Source of the DNA: Lingula anatina
Taxonomy: Eukaryota; Animalia; Brachiopoda
Length of the DNA stretch: 64,000 nucleotides
Reading direction: 5' to 3'
NCBI GenBank assembly: GCA_051362555.1
Contig: CM120644.1
Coordinates: 14,198,768-14,262,767 of the forward strand
The notes under the pieces were generated by a model that saw only the letters and a list, made by a program, of their open reading frames with translations, was not told the origin of the DNA and did not search any database. Position numbers and translations under genes: made by a program. Below are positions 37,770 through 50,754 of this stretch, piece after piece; positions within the stretch are counted from its first letter, which is position 1; each line of letters opens with the position of its first letter.

Positions 37770-40700
37770 AAACACCCAAAAATCACACAGAATCAACCCG
37801 TCTCCGATTTTTCCGAAATGTGACTAAAATCAATCTACCACACCTGTCACTCATAAAAAATGTGGAAACGCGCCTGGGTCACTTCATTAAAGCCCCCAAT
37901 TTCAGCTTTAAAGATTGCCAAAAAGCACTCCTGAGAACAGGATTTGGAGAGAGGGCGGGTGGAGAGAGTTTTTGCTCTATTTCTTCCTTAATGTTGACAA
38001 AACCACTGTTTTAGTACTTAATACTGACTACAAATGACCAAACACACCTACAGATCACTATAATGAAGAAAAAAAATTTTCAACCCTATCTGGCCAAAAT
38101 TGAAGAAAACTGCCATATCCAAGCCTTATGAAAATCACTCAAAATCACCAAAAATCGACCTGTCTCCGATTTTTCCAAAAAGTGACGAAAATCAATCTAC
38201 CACACCTGTCATTCATAAAAAATGTGGAAACGCGCCTGGGTCACTTCATCAAGGCCCCCAATTTCAGCTTTAAAGATTGCCAAAAAGCACTCCTGAGAAC
38301 AGGATTTGGAGAGAGGGCGGGTGGAGAGAGTTTTTGCTCTATTTCTTCCTTAATGTTGACAAAACCACTGTTTTAGTACTTAATACTGACTACAAATGAC
38401 CAAACACACCTACAGATCACTATAATGAAGAAAAAAAATTTTCAACCCTATCTGGCCAAAATTGAAGAAAACTGCCATATCCAAGCCTTATGAAAATCAC
38501 TCAAAATCACCAAAAATCGACCTGTCTCCGATTTTTCCAAAAAGTGACGAAAATCAATCTACCACACCTGTCATTCATAAAAAGTGTGGAAACGCGCCCG
38601 GGTCACTTCATCAAGGCCCCCAATTCTAGCTTTAAAGATGATCCAAAAATAAGCTCTGAGAACAGAATCTGAGAGGGGGGGGGGGGAGAAAGAGTTTTTG
38701 ATCTATTTCTTCCTTAATGTTGACACCACCACTCTTCCAGCACTTTATTCTTACTACAAATGACCGAACACACCTACCTGACACTATAATGAAGAAAAAA
38801 AATTTTCATCCCTACCTGGCCAAAATTGAAGAAATCTCACAGTGCCGGTACTGATCAAAATCACTCAAAATCACCAAAAATTGACCCGTCTCCGATTTTT
38901 CCAAAAAGTGACGAAAATCAATCTACCACACCTGTCATTCATAAAAATTGTGGAAACGCGCCCGGGTCACTTCATCAAGGCCCCCAATTCTAGCTTTAAA
39001 GATGATCCAAAAATAAGCTCTGAGAACAGAATCTGAGAGGGGGGGGGGGGGGGAGAAAGAGTTTTTGATCTATTTCTTCCTTAATGTTGACACCACCACT
39101 CTTCCAGCACTTTATTCTTACTACAAATGACCGAACACACCTACCTGACACTATAATGAAGAAAAAAATTTTTCATCCCTACCTGGCCAAAATTGAAGAA
39201 ATCTCACAGTGCCGGCACTGTTCAAAATCACTCAAAATCACCAAAAATCGACCCGTCTCCGATTTTTCCAAAAAGTGACGAAAATCAATCTACCACACCT
39301 GTCATTCATAAAAAATGTGAAAACGCGCCCGGGTCACTTCATCAAGGCCCCCAATTCTAGCTTTAAAGATGATCCAAAAATAAGCTCTGAAAACAGAATC
39401 TGAGGGGGGGGGGAGAGACAGAGTTTTTGCTCTATTTCTTCCTTAATGTTGACACCACCACTCTTCCTGCACTTTATTCTTACTACAAATGACCGAACAC
39501 ACCTACCTGACACTATAATGAAGAAAAAAAATGTTCATCCCTACCTGGCCAAAATTGAAGAAATCTCACAGTGCCGGCACTGTTCAAAATCACTCAAAAT
39601 CACCAAAAATCGACCCGTCTCCGATTTTTCCAAAAAGTGACGAAAATCAATCTACCACACCTGTCATTCATAAAAAATGTGGAAACGCGCCCGGGTCACT
39701 TCATCAAGGCAACCAATTCTAGCTTTAAAGATGATCCAAAAATTAGCTCTGAGAAAAGAATCTGAGAGGGGGGGGAGAGACAGAGTTTTTGCTCTATTTC
39801 TTCCTTAATGTTGACACCACCACTCTTCCAGCACTTTATTCTTACTACAAATGACCGAACACACCTACCTGACACTATAATGAAGAAAAAAAATTTTCAT
39901 CCCTACCTGGCCAAAATTGAAGAAATCTCACAGTGCCAGCACTGTTCAAAATCACTCAAAATCACCAAAAATCGACCCGTCTCCGATTTTTCCAAAAAGT
40001 GACGAAAATCAATCTACCACACCTGTCATTCATAAAAAATGTGAAAACGCGCCCGGGTCACTTCATCAAGGCCCCCAATTCTAGCTTTAAAGATGATCCA
40101 AAAATAAGCTGTGAGAACAGAATCTGAGGGGGGGGGGAGAGACAGAGTTTTTGCTCTATTTCTTCCTTAATGTTGACACCACCACTCTTCCAGCACTTTA
40201 TTCTTACTACAAATGACCGAACACACCTACCTGACACTATAATGAAGAAAAAAAATGTTCATCCCTACCTGGCCAAAATTGAAGAAATCTCACAGTGCCG
40301 GCACTGTTCAAAATCACTCAAAATCACCAAAAATCGACCCGTCTCCGATTTTTCCAAAAAGTGACGAAAATCAATCTACCACACCTGTCATTCATAAAAA
40401 ATGTGGAAACGCGCCCGGGTCACTTCATCAAGGCCCCCAATTCTAGCTTTAAAGATGATCCAAAAATAAGCTCTGAGAACAGAATCTGAGAGGGGGGGGA
40501 GAGACAGAGTTTTTGCTCTATTTCTTCCTTAATGTTGACACCACCACTCTTCCAGCACTTTATTCTTACTACAAATGACCGAACACACCTACCTGACACT
40601 ATAATGAAGAAAAAAATTTTCATCCCTACCTGGCCAAAATTGAAGAAATCTCACAGTGCCGGCACTGTTCAAAATCACTCAAAATCACCAAAAATCGACC

Positions 40701-43700
40701 CGTCTCCGATTTTTCCAAAAAGTGACGAAAATCAATCTACCACACCTGTCATTCATAAAAAATGTGGAAACGCGCCCGGGTCACTTCATCAAGGCCCCCA
40801 ATTCTAGCTTTAAAGATGATCTAAAAATAAGCTCTGAGAACAGAATCTGAGAGGGGGGGGGGGAGAGACAGAGTTTTTGCTCTATTTCTTCCTTAATGTT
40901 GACACCACCACTCTTCCAGCACTTTATTCTTACTACAAATGACCGAACACACCTACCTGACACTATAATGAAGAAAAAAAATTTTCATCCCTACCTGGCC
41001 AAAATTGAAGAAATCTCACAGTGCCGGCACTGTTCAAAATCACTCAAAATCACCAAAAATGGACCCGTCTCCGATTTTTCCAAAAAGTGACGAAAATCAA
41101 TCTACCACACCTGTCATTCATAAAAAATGTGGAAACGCGCCCGGGTCACTTCATCAAGGCCCCCAATTCTAGCTTTAAAGATGATCCAAAAATAAGCTCT
41201 GAGAACAGAATCTGAGAGGGGGGGGGGAGAGACAGAGTTTTTGCTCTATTTCTTCCTTAATGTTGACACCACCACTCTTCCAGCACTTTATTCTTACTAC
41301 AAATGACCGAACACACCTACCTGACACTATAATGAAGAAAAAAAATTTTCATCCCTACCTGGCCAAAATTGAAGAAATCTCACAGTGCCGGCACTGTTCA
41401 AAATCACTCAAAATCACCAAAAATCGACCCGTCTCCGATTTTTCCAAAAAGTGACGAAAATCAATCTACCACAACTGTCATTCATAAAAATGTGGAAACG
41501 CGCCCGGGTCACTTCATCAAGGCCCCCAATTCTAGCTTTAAAGATGATCCAAAAATAAGCTCTGAGAACAGAATCTGAGAGGGGGGGGGGAGAGACAGAG
41601 TTTTTGCTCTATTTCTTCCTTAATGTTGACACCACCACTCTTCCAGCACTTTATTCTTACTACAAATGACCGAACACACCTACCTGACACTATAATGAAG
41701 AAAAAAAATTTTCATCCCTACCTGGCCAAAATTGAAGAAATCTCACAGTGCCGGCACTGTTCAAAATCACTCAAAATCACCAAAAATCGACACGTCTTCG
41801 ATTTTTCCAAAAAGTGACGAAAATCAATCTACCACACCTGTCATTCATAAAAAATGTGGAAACGCGCCCGGGTCACTTCATCAAGGCCTCCAATTCTAGC
41901 TTTAAAGATGATCCAAAAATAAGCTCTGAGAACAGAATCTGAGAGGGGGGGGGGGAGAGACAGAGTTTTTGCTCTATTTCTTCCTTAATGTTGACACCAC
42001 CACTCTTCCAGCACTTTATTCTTACTACAAATGACCGAACACACCTACCTGACACTATAATGAAGAAAAAAAATTTTCATCCCTACCTGGCCAAAATTGA
42101 AGAAATCTCACAGTGCCGGCACTGTTCAAAATCACTCAAAATCACCAAAAATCGACCCGTCTCCGATTTTTCCAAAAAGTGACGAAAATCAATCTACCAC
42201 ACCTGTCATTCATAAAAAATGTGTAAACGCGCCCGGGTCACTTCATCAAGGCCCCCAATTCTAGCTTTAAAGATGATCCAAAAATAAGCTCTGAGAACAG
42301 AATCTGAGAGGGGGGGGGGGGAGAGACAGAGTTTTTGCTCTATTTCTTCCTTAATGTTGACACCACCACTCTTCCAGCACTTTATTCTTACTACAAATGA
42401 CCGAACACACCTACCTGACACTATAATGAAGAAAAAAAATTTTCATCCCTACCTGGCCAAAATTGAAGAAATCTCACAGTGCTGGCACTGTTCAAAATCA
42501 CTCAAAATCACCAAAAATCGACCCGTCTCCGATTTTTCCAAAAAGTGACGAAAATCAATCTACCACACCTGTCATTCATAAAAAATGTGGAAACGCGCCC
42601 GGGTCACTTCATCAAGGCCCCCAATTCTAGCTTTAAAGATGATCCAAAAATAAGCTCTGAGAACAGAATCTGAGAGGGGGGGCGGAGAGACAGAGTTTTT
42701 GCTCTATTTCTTCCTTAATGTTGACACCACCACTCTTCCAGCACTTTATTCTTACTACAAATGACCGAACACACCTACCTGACACTATAATGAAGAAAAA
42801 AAATTTTCATCCCTACCTGGCCAAAATTGAAGAAATCTCACAGTGCCGGCACTGTTCAAAATCACTCAAAATCACCAAAAATCGACACGTCTCCGATTTT
42901 TCCAAAAAGTGACGAAAATCAATCTACCACACCTGTCATTCATAAAAAATGTGGAAACACGCCCGGGTCACTTCATCAAGGCCCCCAATTCTAGCTTTAA
43001 AGATGATCCAAAAATAAGCTCTGAGAACAGAATCTGAGAGGGGGGGGGGGGGGAGAGACAGAGTTTTTGCTCTATTTCTTCCTTAATGTTGACACCACCA
43101 CTCTTCCAGCACTTTATTCTTACTACAAATGACCGAACACACCTACCTGACACTATAATGAAGAAAAAAAATTTTCATCCCTACCTGGCCAAAATTGAAG
43201 AAATCTCACAGTGCCGGCACTGTTCAAACTCACTCAAAATCACCAAAAATCGACCCGTCTCCGATTTTTCCAAAAAGTGACGAAAATCAATCTACCACAC
43301 CTGTCATTCATAAAAAATGTGGAAACGCGCCCGGGTCACTTCATCAAGGCCCCCAATTCTAGCTTTAAAGATGATCCAAAAATAAGCTCTGAGAACAGAA
43401 TCTGAGAGGGGGGGGGGGAGAGACAGAGTTTTTGCTCTATTTCTTCCTTAATGTTGACACCATCACTCTTCCAGCACTTTATTCTTACTACAAATGACCG
43501 AACACACCTACCTGACACTATAATGAAGAAAAAAAATTTTCATCCCTACCTGGCCAAAATTGAAGAAATCTCACAGTGCCGGCACTGTTCAAAATCACTC
43601 AAAATCACCAAAAATCGACCCGTCTCCGATTTTTCCAAAAAGTGACGAAAATCAATCTACCACACCTGTCATTCATAAAAAATGTGGAAACGCGCCCGGG

Positions 43701-46700
43701 TCACTTCATCAAGGCCCCCAATTCTAGCTTTAAAGATAATCCAAAAATAAGCTCTGAGAACAGAATCTGAGAGGGGGGGGGGGGGGAGAGACAGAGTTTT
43801 TGCTCTATTTCTTCCTTAATGTTGACACCACCACTCTTCCAGCACTTTATTCTTACTACAAATGACCGAACACACCTACCTGACACTATAATGAAGAAAA
43901 AAAATTTTCATCCCTACCTGGCCAAAATTGAAGAAATCTCACAGTGCCGGCACTGTTCAAAATCACTCAAAATCACCAAAAATCGACACGTCTCCGATTT
44001 TTCCAAAAAGTGACGAAAATCAATCTACCACACCTGTCATTCATAAAAAATGTGGAAACGCGCCCGGGTCACTTCATCAAGGCCCCCAATTCTAGCTTTA
44101 AAGATGATCCAAAAATAAGCTCTGAGAACAGAATCTGAGAGGGGGGGGGGGGGGAGAGACAGAGTTTTTGCTCTATTTCTTCCTTAATGTTGACACCACC
44201 ACTCTTCCAGCACTTTATTCTTACTACAAATGACCGAACACACCTACCTGACACTATAATGAAGAAAAATAATTTTCATCCCTACCTGGCCAAAATTGAA
44301 GAAATCTCACAGTGCCGGCACTGTTCAAAATCACTCAAAATCACCAAAAATCGACCCGTCTCCGATTTTTCCAAAAAGTGACGAAAATCAATCTACCACA
44401 CCTGTCATTCATAAAAAATGTGGAAACGCGCCCGGGTCACTTCATTAAGGCCCCCAATTCTAGCTTTAAAGATGATCCAAAAATAAGCTCTGAGAACAGA
44501 ATCTGAGAGGGGGGGGGGGGAGAGACAGAGTTTTTGCTCTATTTCTTCCTTAATGTTGACACCACCACTCTTCCAGCACTTTATTCTTACTACAAATGAC
44601 CGAACACACCTACCTGACACTATAATGAAGAAAAATAATTTTCATCCCTACCTGGCCAAAATTGAAGAAATCTCACAGTGCCGGCACTGTTCAAAATCAC
44701 TCAAAATCACCAAAAATCGACCCGTCTCCGATTTTTCCAAAAAGTGACGAAAATCAATCTACCACACCTGTCATTCATAAAAAATGTGGAAACGCGCCCG
44801 GGTCACTTCATTAAGGCCCCCAATTCTAGCTTTAAAGATGATCCAAAAATAAGCTCTGAGAACAGAATCTGAGAGGGGGGGGGGAAAGACAGAGTTTTTG
44901 CTCTATTTCTTCCTTAATGTTGACACCACCACTCTTCCAGCACTTTATTCTTACTACAAATGACCGAACACACCTACCTGACACTATAATGAAGAAAAAA
45001 AATTTTCATCCCTACCTGGCCAAAATTGAAGAAATCTCACAGTGCCGGCACTGTTCAAAATCACTCAAAATCACCAAAAATCGACACGTCTCCGATTTTT
45101 CCAAAAAGTGACGAAAATCAATCTACCACACCTGTCATTCATAAAAAATGTGGAAACGCGCCCGGGTCACTTCATCAAGGCCCCCAATTCTAGCTTTAAA
45201 GATGATCGAAAAATAAGCTCTGAGAACAGAATCTGAGAGGGGGGGGAGAGACAGAGTTTTTGCTCTATTTCTTCCTTAATGTTGACACCACCACTCTTCC
45301 AGCACTTTATTCTTACTACAAATGACCGAACACACCTACCTGACACTATAATGAAGAAAAAAAATTTTCATCCCTACCTGGCCAAAATTGAAGAAATCTC
45401 ACAGTGCCGGCACTGTTCAAAATCACTCAAAATCACCAAAAATCGACCCGTCTCCGATTTTTCCAAAAAGTGACGAAAATCAATCTACCACACCTGTCAT
45501 TCATAAAAAATGTGGAAACGCGCCCGGGTCACTTCATCAAGGCCCCCAATTCTAGCTTTAAAGATGATCCAAAAATAAGCTCTGAGAACAGAATCTGAGA
45601 GGGGGGGGGGGAGAGACAGAGTTTTTGCTTTATTTCTTCCTTAATGTTGACACCATCACTCTTCCAGCACTTTATTCTTACTACAAATGACCGAACACAC
45701 CTACCTGACACTATAATGAAGAAAAAAAATTTTCATCCCTACCTGGCCAAAATTGAAGAAATCTCACAGTGCCGGCACTGTTCAAAATCACTCAAAATCA
45801 CCAAAAATCGACACGTCTCCGATTTTTCCAAAAAGTGACGAAAATCAATCTACCACACCTGTCATTCATAAAAAATGTGGAAACGCGCCCGGGTCACTTC
45901 ATCAAGGCCCCCAATTCTAGCTTTAAAGATGATCCAAAAATAAGCTCTGAGAACAGAATCTGAGAGGGGGGGGGGGAGAGACAGAGTTTTTGCTCTATTT
46001 CTTCCTTAATGTTGACACCACCACTCTTCCAGCACTTTATTCTTACTACAAATGACCGAACACACCTACCTGACACTATAATGAAGAAAAAAAATTTTCA
46101 TCCCTACCTGGCCAAAATTGAAGAAATCTCACAGTGCCGGCACTGTTCAAAATCACTCAAAATCACCAAAAATCGACCCGTCTCCGATTTTTCCAAAAAG
46201 TGACGAAAATCAATCTACCACACCTGTCATTCATAAAAAATGTGGAAACGCGCCCGGGTCACTTCATCAAGGCCCCCAATTCTAGCTTTAAAGATGATCC
46301 AAAAATAAGCTCTGAGAACAGAATCTGAGAGGGGGGGGGGGGGGGGGGGGGGAGAGACAGAGTTTTTGCTCTATTTCTTCCTTAATGTTGACACCACCAC
46401 TCTTCCAGCACTTTATTCTTACTACAAATGACCGAACACACCTACCTGACACTATAATGAAGAAAAAAAATTTTCATCCCTACCTGGCCAAAATTGAAGA
46501 AATCTCACAGTGCCGGCACTGTTCAAAATCACTCAAAATTACCAAAAATCGACCCGTCTCCGATTTTTCCAAAAAGTGACAAAAATCAATCTACCACACC
46601 TGTCATTCATAAAAAATGTGGAAACGCGCCCGGGTTACTTCATCAAGGCCCCCAATTCTAGCTTTAAAGATGATCCAAAAATAAGCTCTGAGAACAGAAT

Positions 46701-49700
46701 CTGAGAGGTGGGGGGGGGAGAGACAGAGTTTTTGCTCTATTTCTTCCTTAATGTTGACACCACCACTCTTCCAGCACTTTATTCTTACTACAAATGACTG
46801 AACACACCTACCTGACACTATAATGAAGAAAAAAATTTTCATCCCTACCTGGCCAAAATTGAAGAAATCTCACAGTGCCGGCACTGTTCAAAATCACTCA
46901 AAATCACCAAAAATCGACCCGTCTCCGATTTTTCCAAAAGTGACGAAAATCAATCTACCACACCTGTCATTCATAAAAAATGTGGAAACGCGCCCGGGTC
47001 ACTTCATCAAGGCCCCCAATTCTAGCTTTAAAGATGATCCAAAAATAAGCTCTGAGAACAGAATCTGATAGGGGGGGGGGGGAGAGAGAAAGAGTTTTTG
47101 CTCTATTTCTTCCTTAATGTTGACACCACCACTCTTCCAGCACTTTATTCTTACTACAAATGACCGAACACACCTACCTGACACTATAATGAAGAAAAAA
47201 AATTTTCATCCCTACCTGGCCAAAATTGAAGAAATCTCACAGTGCCGGCACTGTTCAAAATCACTCAAAATCACCAAAAATCGACCCATCTCCGATTTTT
47301 CCAAAAAGTGACGAAAATCAATCTACCACACCTGTCATTCATAAAAAATGTGGAAACGCGCCCGGGTCACTTCATCAAGGCCCCCAATTCTATTTTTAAA
47401 GATGATCCAAAAATAAGCTCTGAGAACAGAATCTGAGAGGGGGGGGGGGAGAGACAGAGTTTTTGCTCTATTTCTTCCTTAATGTTGACACCACCACTCT
47501 TCCAGCACTTTATTCTTACTACAAATGACCGAACACACCTACCTGACACTATAATGAAGAAAAAAAATTTTCATCCCTACCTGGCCAAAATTGAAGAAAT
47601 CTCACAGTGCCGGCACTGTTCAAAATCACTCAAAATCACCAAAAATCGACCCGTCTCCGATTTTTCCAAAAAGTGACGAAAATCAATCTACCACACCTGT
47701 CATTCATAAAAAATGTGGAAACGCGCCCGGGTCACTTCATCAAGGCCCCCAATTCTAGCTTTAAAGATGATCCAAAAATAAGCTCTGAGAACAGAATCTG
47801 AGAGGGGGGGGGGGGGGGGGGAGAGACAGAGTTTTTGCTCTATTTCTTCCTTAATGTTGACACCACCACTCTTCCAGCACTTTATTCTTACTACAAATGA
47901 CCGAACACACCTACCTGACACTATAATGAAGAAAAAAAATTTTCATCCCTACCTGGCCGAAATTGAAGAAATCTCACAGTGCCAGCACTGTTCAAAATCA
48001 CTCAAAATCACCAAAAATCGACCCGTCTCTGATTTTTCCAAAAAGTGACGAAAATCAATCTACCACACCTGTCATTCAAAAAAAATGTGGAAACGCGCCC
48101 GGGTCACTTCATCAAGGCCCCCAATTCTAGCTTTAAAGATGATCCAAAAATAAGCTCTGAGAACAGAATCTGAGAGGGGGGGGGGGAGAGACAGAGTTTT
48201 TGCTCTATTTCTTCATTAATGTTGACACCACCACTCTTCCAGCACTTTATTCTTACTACAAATGACCGAACACACCTACCTGACACTATAATGAAGAAAA
48301 AAAATTTTCATCCCTACCTGGCCAAAATTGAAGAAATCTCACAGTGCCGGCACTGTTCAAAATCACTCAAAATCACCAAAAATCGACCCGTCTCCGATTT
48401 TTCCAAAAAGTGACGAAAATCAATCTACCACACCTGTCATTCATAAAAAATGTGGAAACGCGCCCGGGTCACTTCATCAAGGCCCCCAATTCTAGCTTTA
48501 AAGATGATCCAAAAATAAGCTCTGAGAACAGAATCTGAGAGGGGGGGGGGGGAGAGACAGAGTTTTTGCTCTATTTCTTCCTTAATGTTGACACCACCAC
48601 TCTTCCAGCACTTTATTCTTACTACAAATAACCGAACACACCTACCTGACACTATAATGAAGAAAAAAAATTTTCATCCCTACCTGGCCAAAATTGAAGA
48701 AATCTCACAGTGCCGGCACTGTTCAAAATCACTCAAAATTACCAAAAATCGACCCGTCTCCGATTTTTCCAAAAAGTGACGAAAATCAATCTACCACACC
48801 TGTCATTCATAAAAAATGTGGAAACGCGCCCGGGTCACTTCATCAAGGCCCCCAATTCTAGCTTTAAAGATGATCCAAAAATAAGCTCTGAGAACAGAAT
48901 CTGAGAGGGGGGGGGAGAGACAGAGTTTTTGCTCTATTTCTTCCTTAATGTTGACACCACCACTCTTCCAGCACTTTATTCTTACTATAAATGACCGAAC
49001 ACACCTACCTGACACTATAATGAAGAAAAAAAATTTTCATCCCTACCTGGCCAAAATTGAAGAAATCTCACAGTGCCGGCACTGTTCAAAATCACTCAAA
49101 ATCACCAAAAATCGACCCGTCTCCGATTTTTCCAAAAAGTGACGAAAATCAATCTACCACACCTGTCATTCATAAAAAATGTGGAAACGCGCCCGGGTCA
49201 CTTCATCAAGGCCCCCAATTCTAGCTTTAAAGATGATCCAAAAATAAGCTCTGAGAACAGAATCTGAGAGGGGGGGGGAGAGACAGAGTTTTTTCTCTAT
49301 TTCTTCCTTAATGTTGACACCACCACTCTTCCAGCACTTTATTCTTACTACAAATGACCGAACACACCTACCTGACACTATAATGAAGAAAAACAATTTT
49401 CATCCCTACCTGGCCAAAATTGAAGAAATCTCACAGTGCCGGCACTGTTCAAAATCACTCAAAATCACCAAAAATCGACCTGTCTCCGATTTTTCCAAAA
49501 AGTGACGAAAATCAATCTACCACACCTGTCATTCATAAAAAATGTGGAAACGCGCCCGGGTCACTTCATCAAGGCCCCCAATTCTAGCTTTAAAGATGAT
49601 CCAAAAATAAGCTCTGAGAACAGAATCTGAGAGGTGGGGGGGGAGAGACAGAGTTTTTGCTCTATTTCTTCTTTAATGTTGACACCACCACTCTTCCAGC

Positions 49701-50580
49701 ACTTTATTCTTACTACAAATGACCGAACACACCTACCTGACACTATAATGAAGAAAAAAAATTTTCATCCCTACCTGGCCAAAATTGAAGAAATCTCACA
49801 GTGCCGGCACTGTTCAAAATCACTCAAAATCACCAAAAATCAACCCGTCTCCGATTTTTCCAAAAAGTGACGAAAATCAATCTACCACACCTGTCATTCA
49901 TAAAAAATGTGGAAACGCGCCTGGGTCACTTCATCAAGGCCCCCAATTCTAGCTTTAAAGATGATCCAAAAATAAGCTCTGAGAACAGAATCTGAGAGGG
50001 GGGGGGGGGGGGAGAGACAGAGTTTTTGCTCTATTTCTTCCTTAATGTTGACACCACCACTCTTCCAGCACTTTATTCTTACTACAAATGACCGAACACA
50101 CCTACCTGACACTATAATGAAGAAAAAAAATTTTCATCCCTACCTGGCCAAAATTGAAGAAATCTCACAGTGCCGGCACTGTTCAAAATCACTCAAAATC
50201 ACCAAAAATCGACACGTCTCCGATTTTTCCAAAAAGTGACGAAAATCAATCTACCACACCTGTCATTCATAAAAAATGTGGAAACGCGCCCGGGTCACTT
50301 CATCAAGGCCCCCAATTCTAGCTTTAAAGATGATCCAAAAATAAGCTCTGAGAACAGAATCTGAGAGGGGGGGGGAGAGACAGAGTTTTTGCTCTATTTC
50401 TTCCTTAATGTTGACACCACCACTCTTCCAGCACTTTATTCTTACTACAAATGACCGAACACACCTACCTGACACTATAATGAAGAAAAAAAATTTTCAT
50501 CCCTACCTGGCCAAAATTGAAGAAATCTCACAGTGCCGGCACTGTTCAAAATCACTCAAAATCACCAAAAATCGACACGT
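37770..50580 (+). repeat. ~365-bp satellite DNA array, left arm (~35 monomers)
   Basis: Head-to-tail near-identical monomers with periods of ~361-376 bp; length varies mainly in a poly-G tract. The first 2-3 monomers are diverged. Confidence 0.98.
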
Positions 50581-50693
50581 TGTAGTGTGTTAGTCTATGT
50601 ATTGTTTACGCATCACGCCAGGTGTCGCATGACACCTGGTACCATGTGACTTGACGCGGGAATCTTGATTGTAATAAAGCAGAACTCACAACA
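50581..50693 (+). repeat. 5' LTR (113 bp)
   Basis: tgtagtgtg...cacaaca, identical by eye to 56869-56981; AATAAA at 50673; hairpin ccaggtgtc-gcat-gacacctgg. Confidence 0.97.
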
Positions 50694-50694
50694 A

Positions 50695-50709
50695 TGGCGA
50701 CGAGGATGG
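50695..50709 (+). promoter_or_regulatory. Primer binding site complementary to tRNA-Ser(GCU) 3' end
   Basis: tggcgacgaggatgg, 1 nt after the LTR, is the reverse complement of CCATCCTCGTCG-CCA, the 3' end of animal tRNA-Ser(GCU) as recalled. Confidence 0.85.
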
Positions 50710-50754
50710 TCACATTTTATTACGTTGAATGATAATTTTACGATTTTAAACAAC

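Noticed and set aside
39240-39265. CENP-B box in the monomer (reverse strand aatcggagacggg)
   Set aside because: Spacing between TCG and CGGG is 4 nt, not the 7 nt of the canonical box.
50665-50754. N-terminal 30 aa of the predicted Gag ORF
   Set aside because: Starts at a TTG inside the LTR and crosses the primer site; the ATG at 50755 is more plausible.
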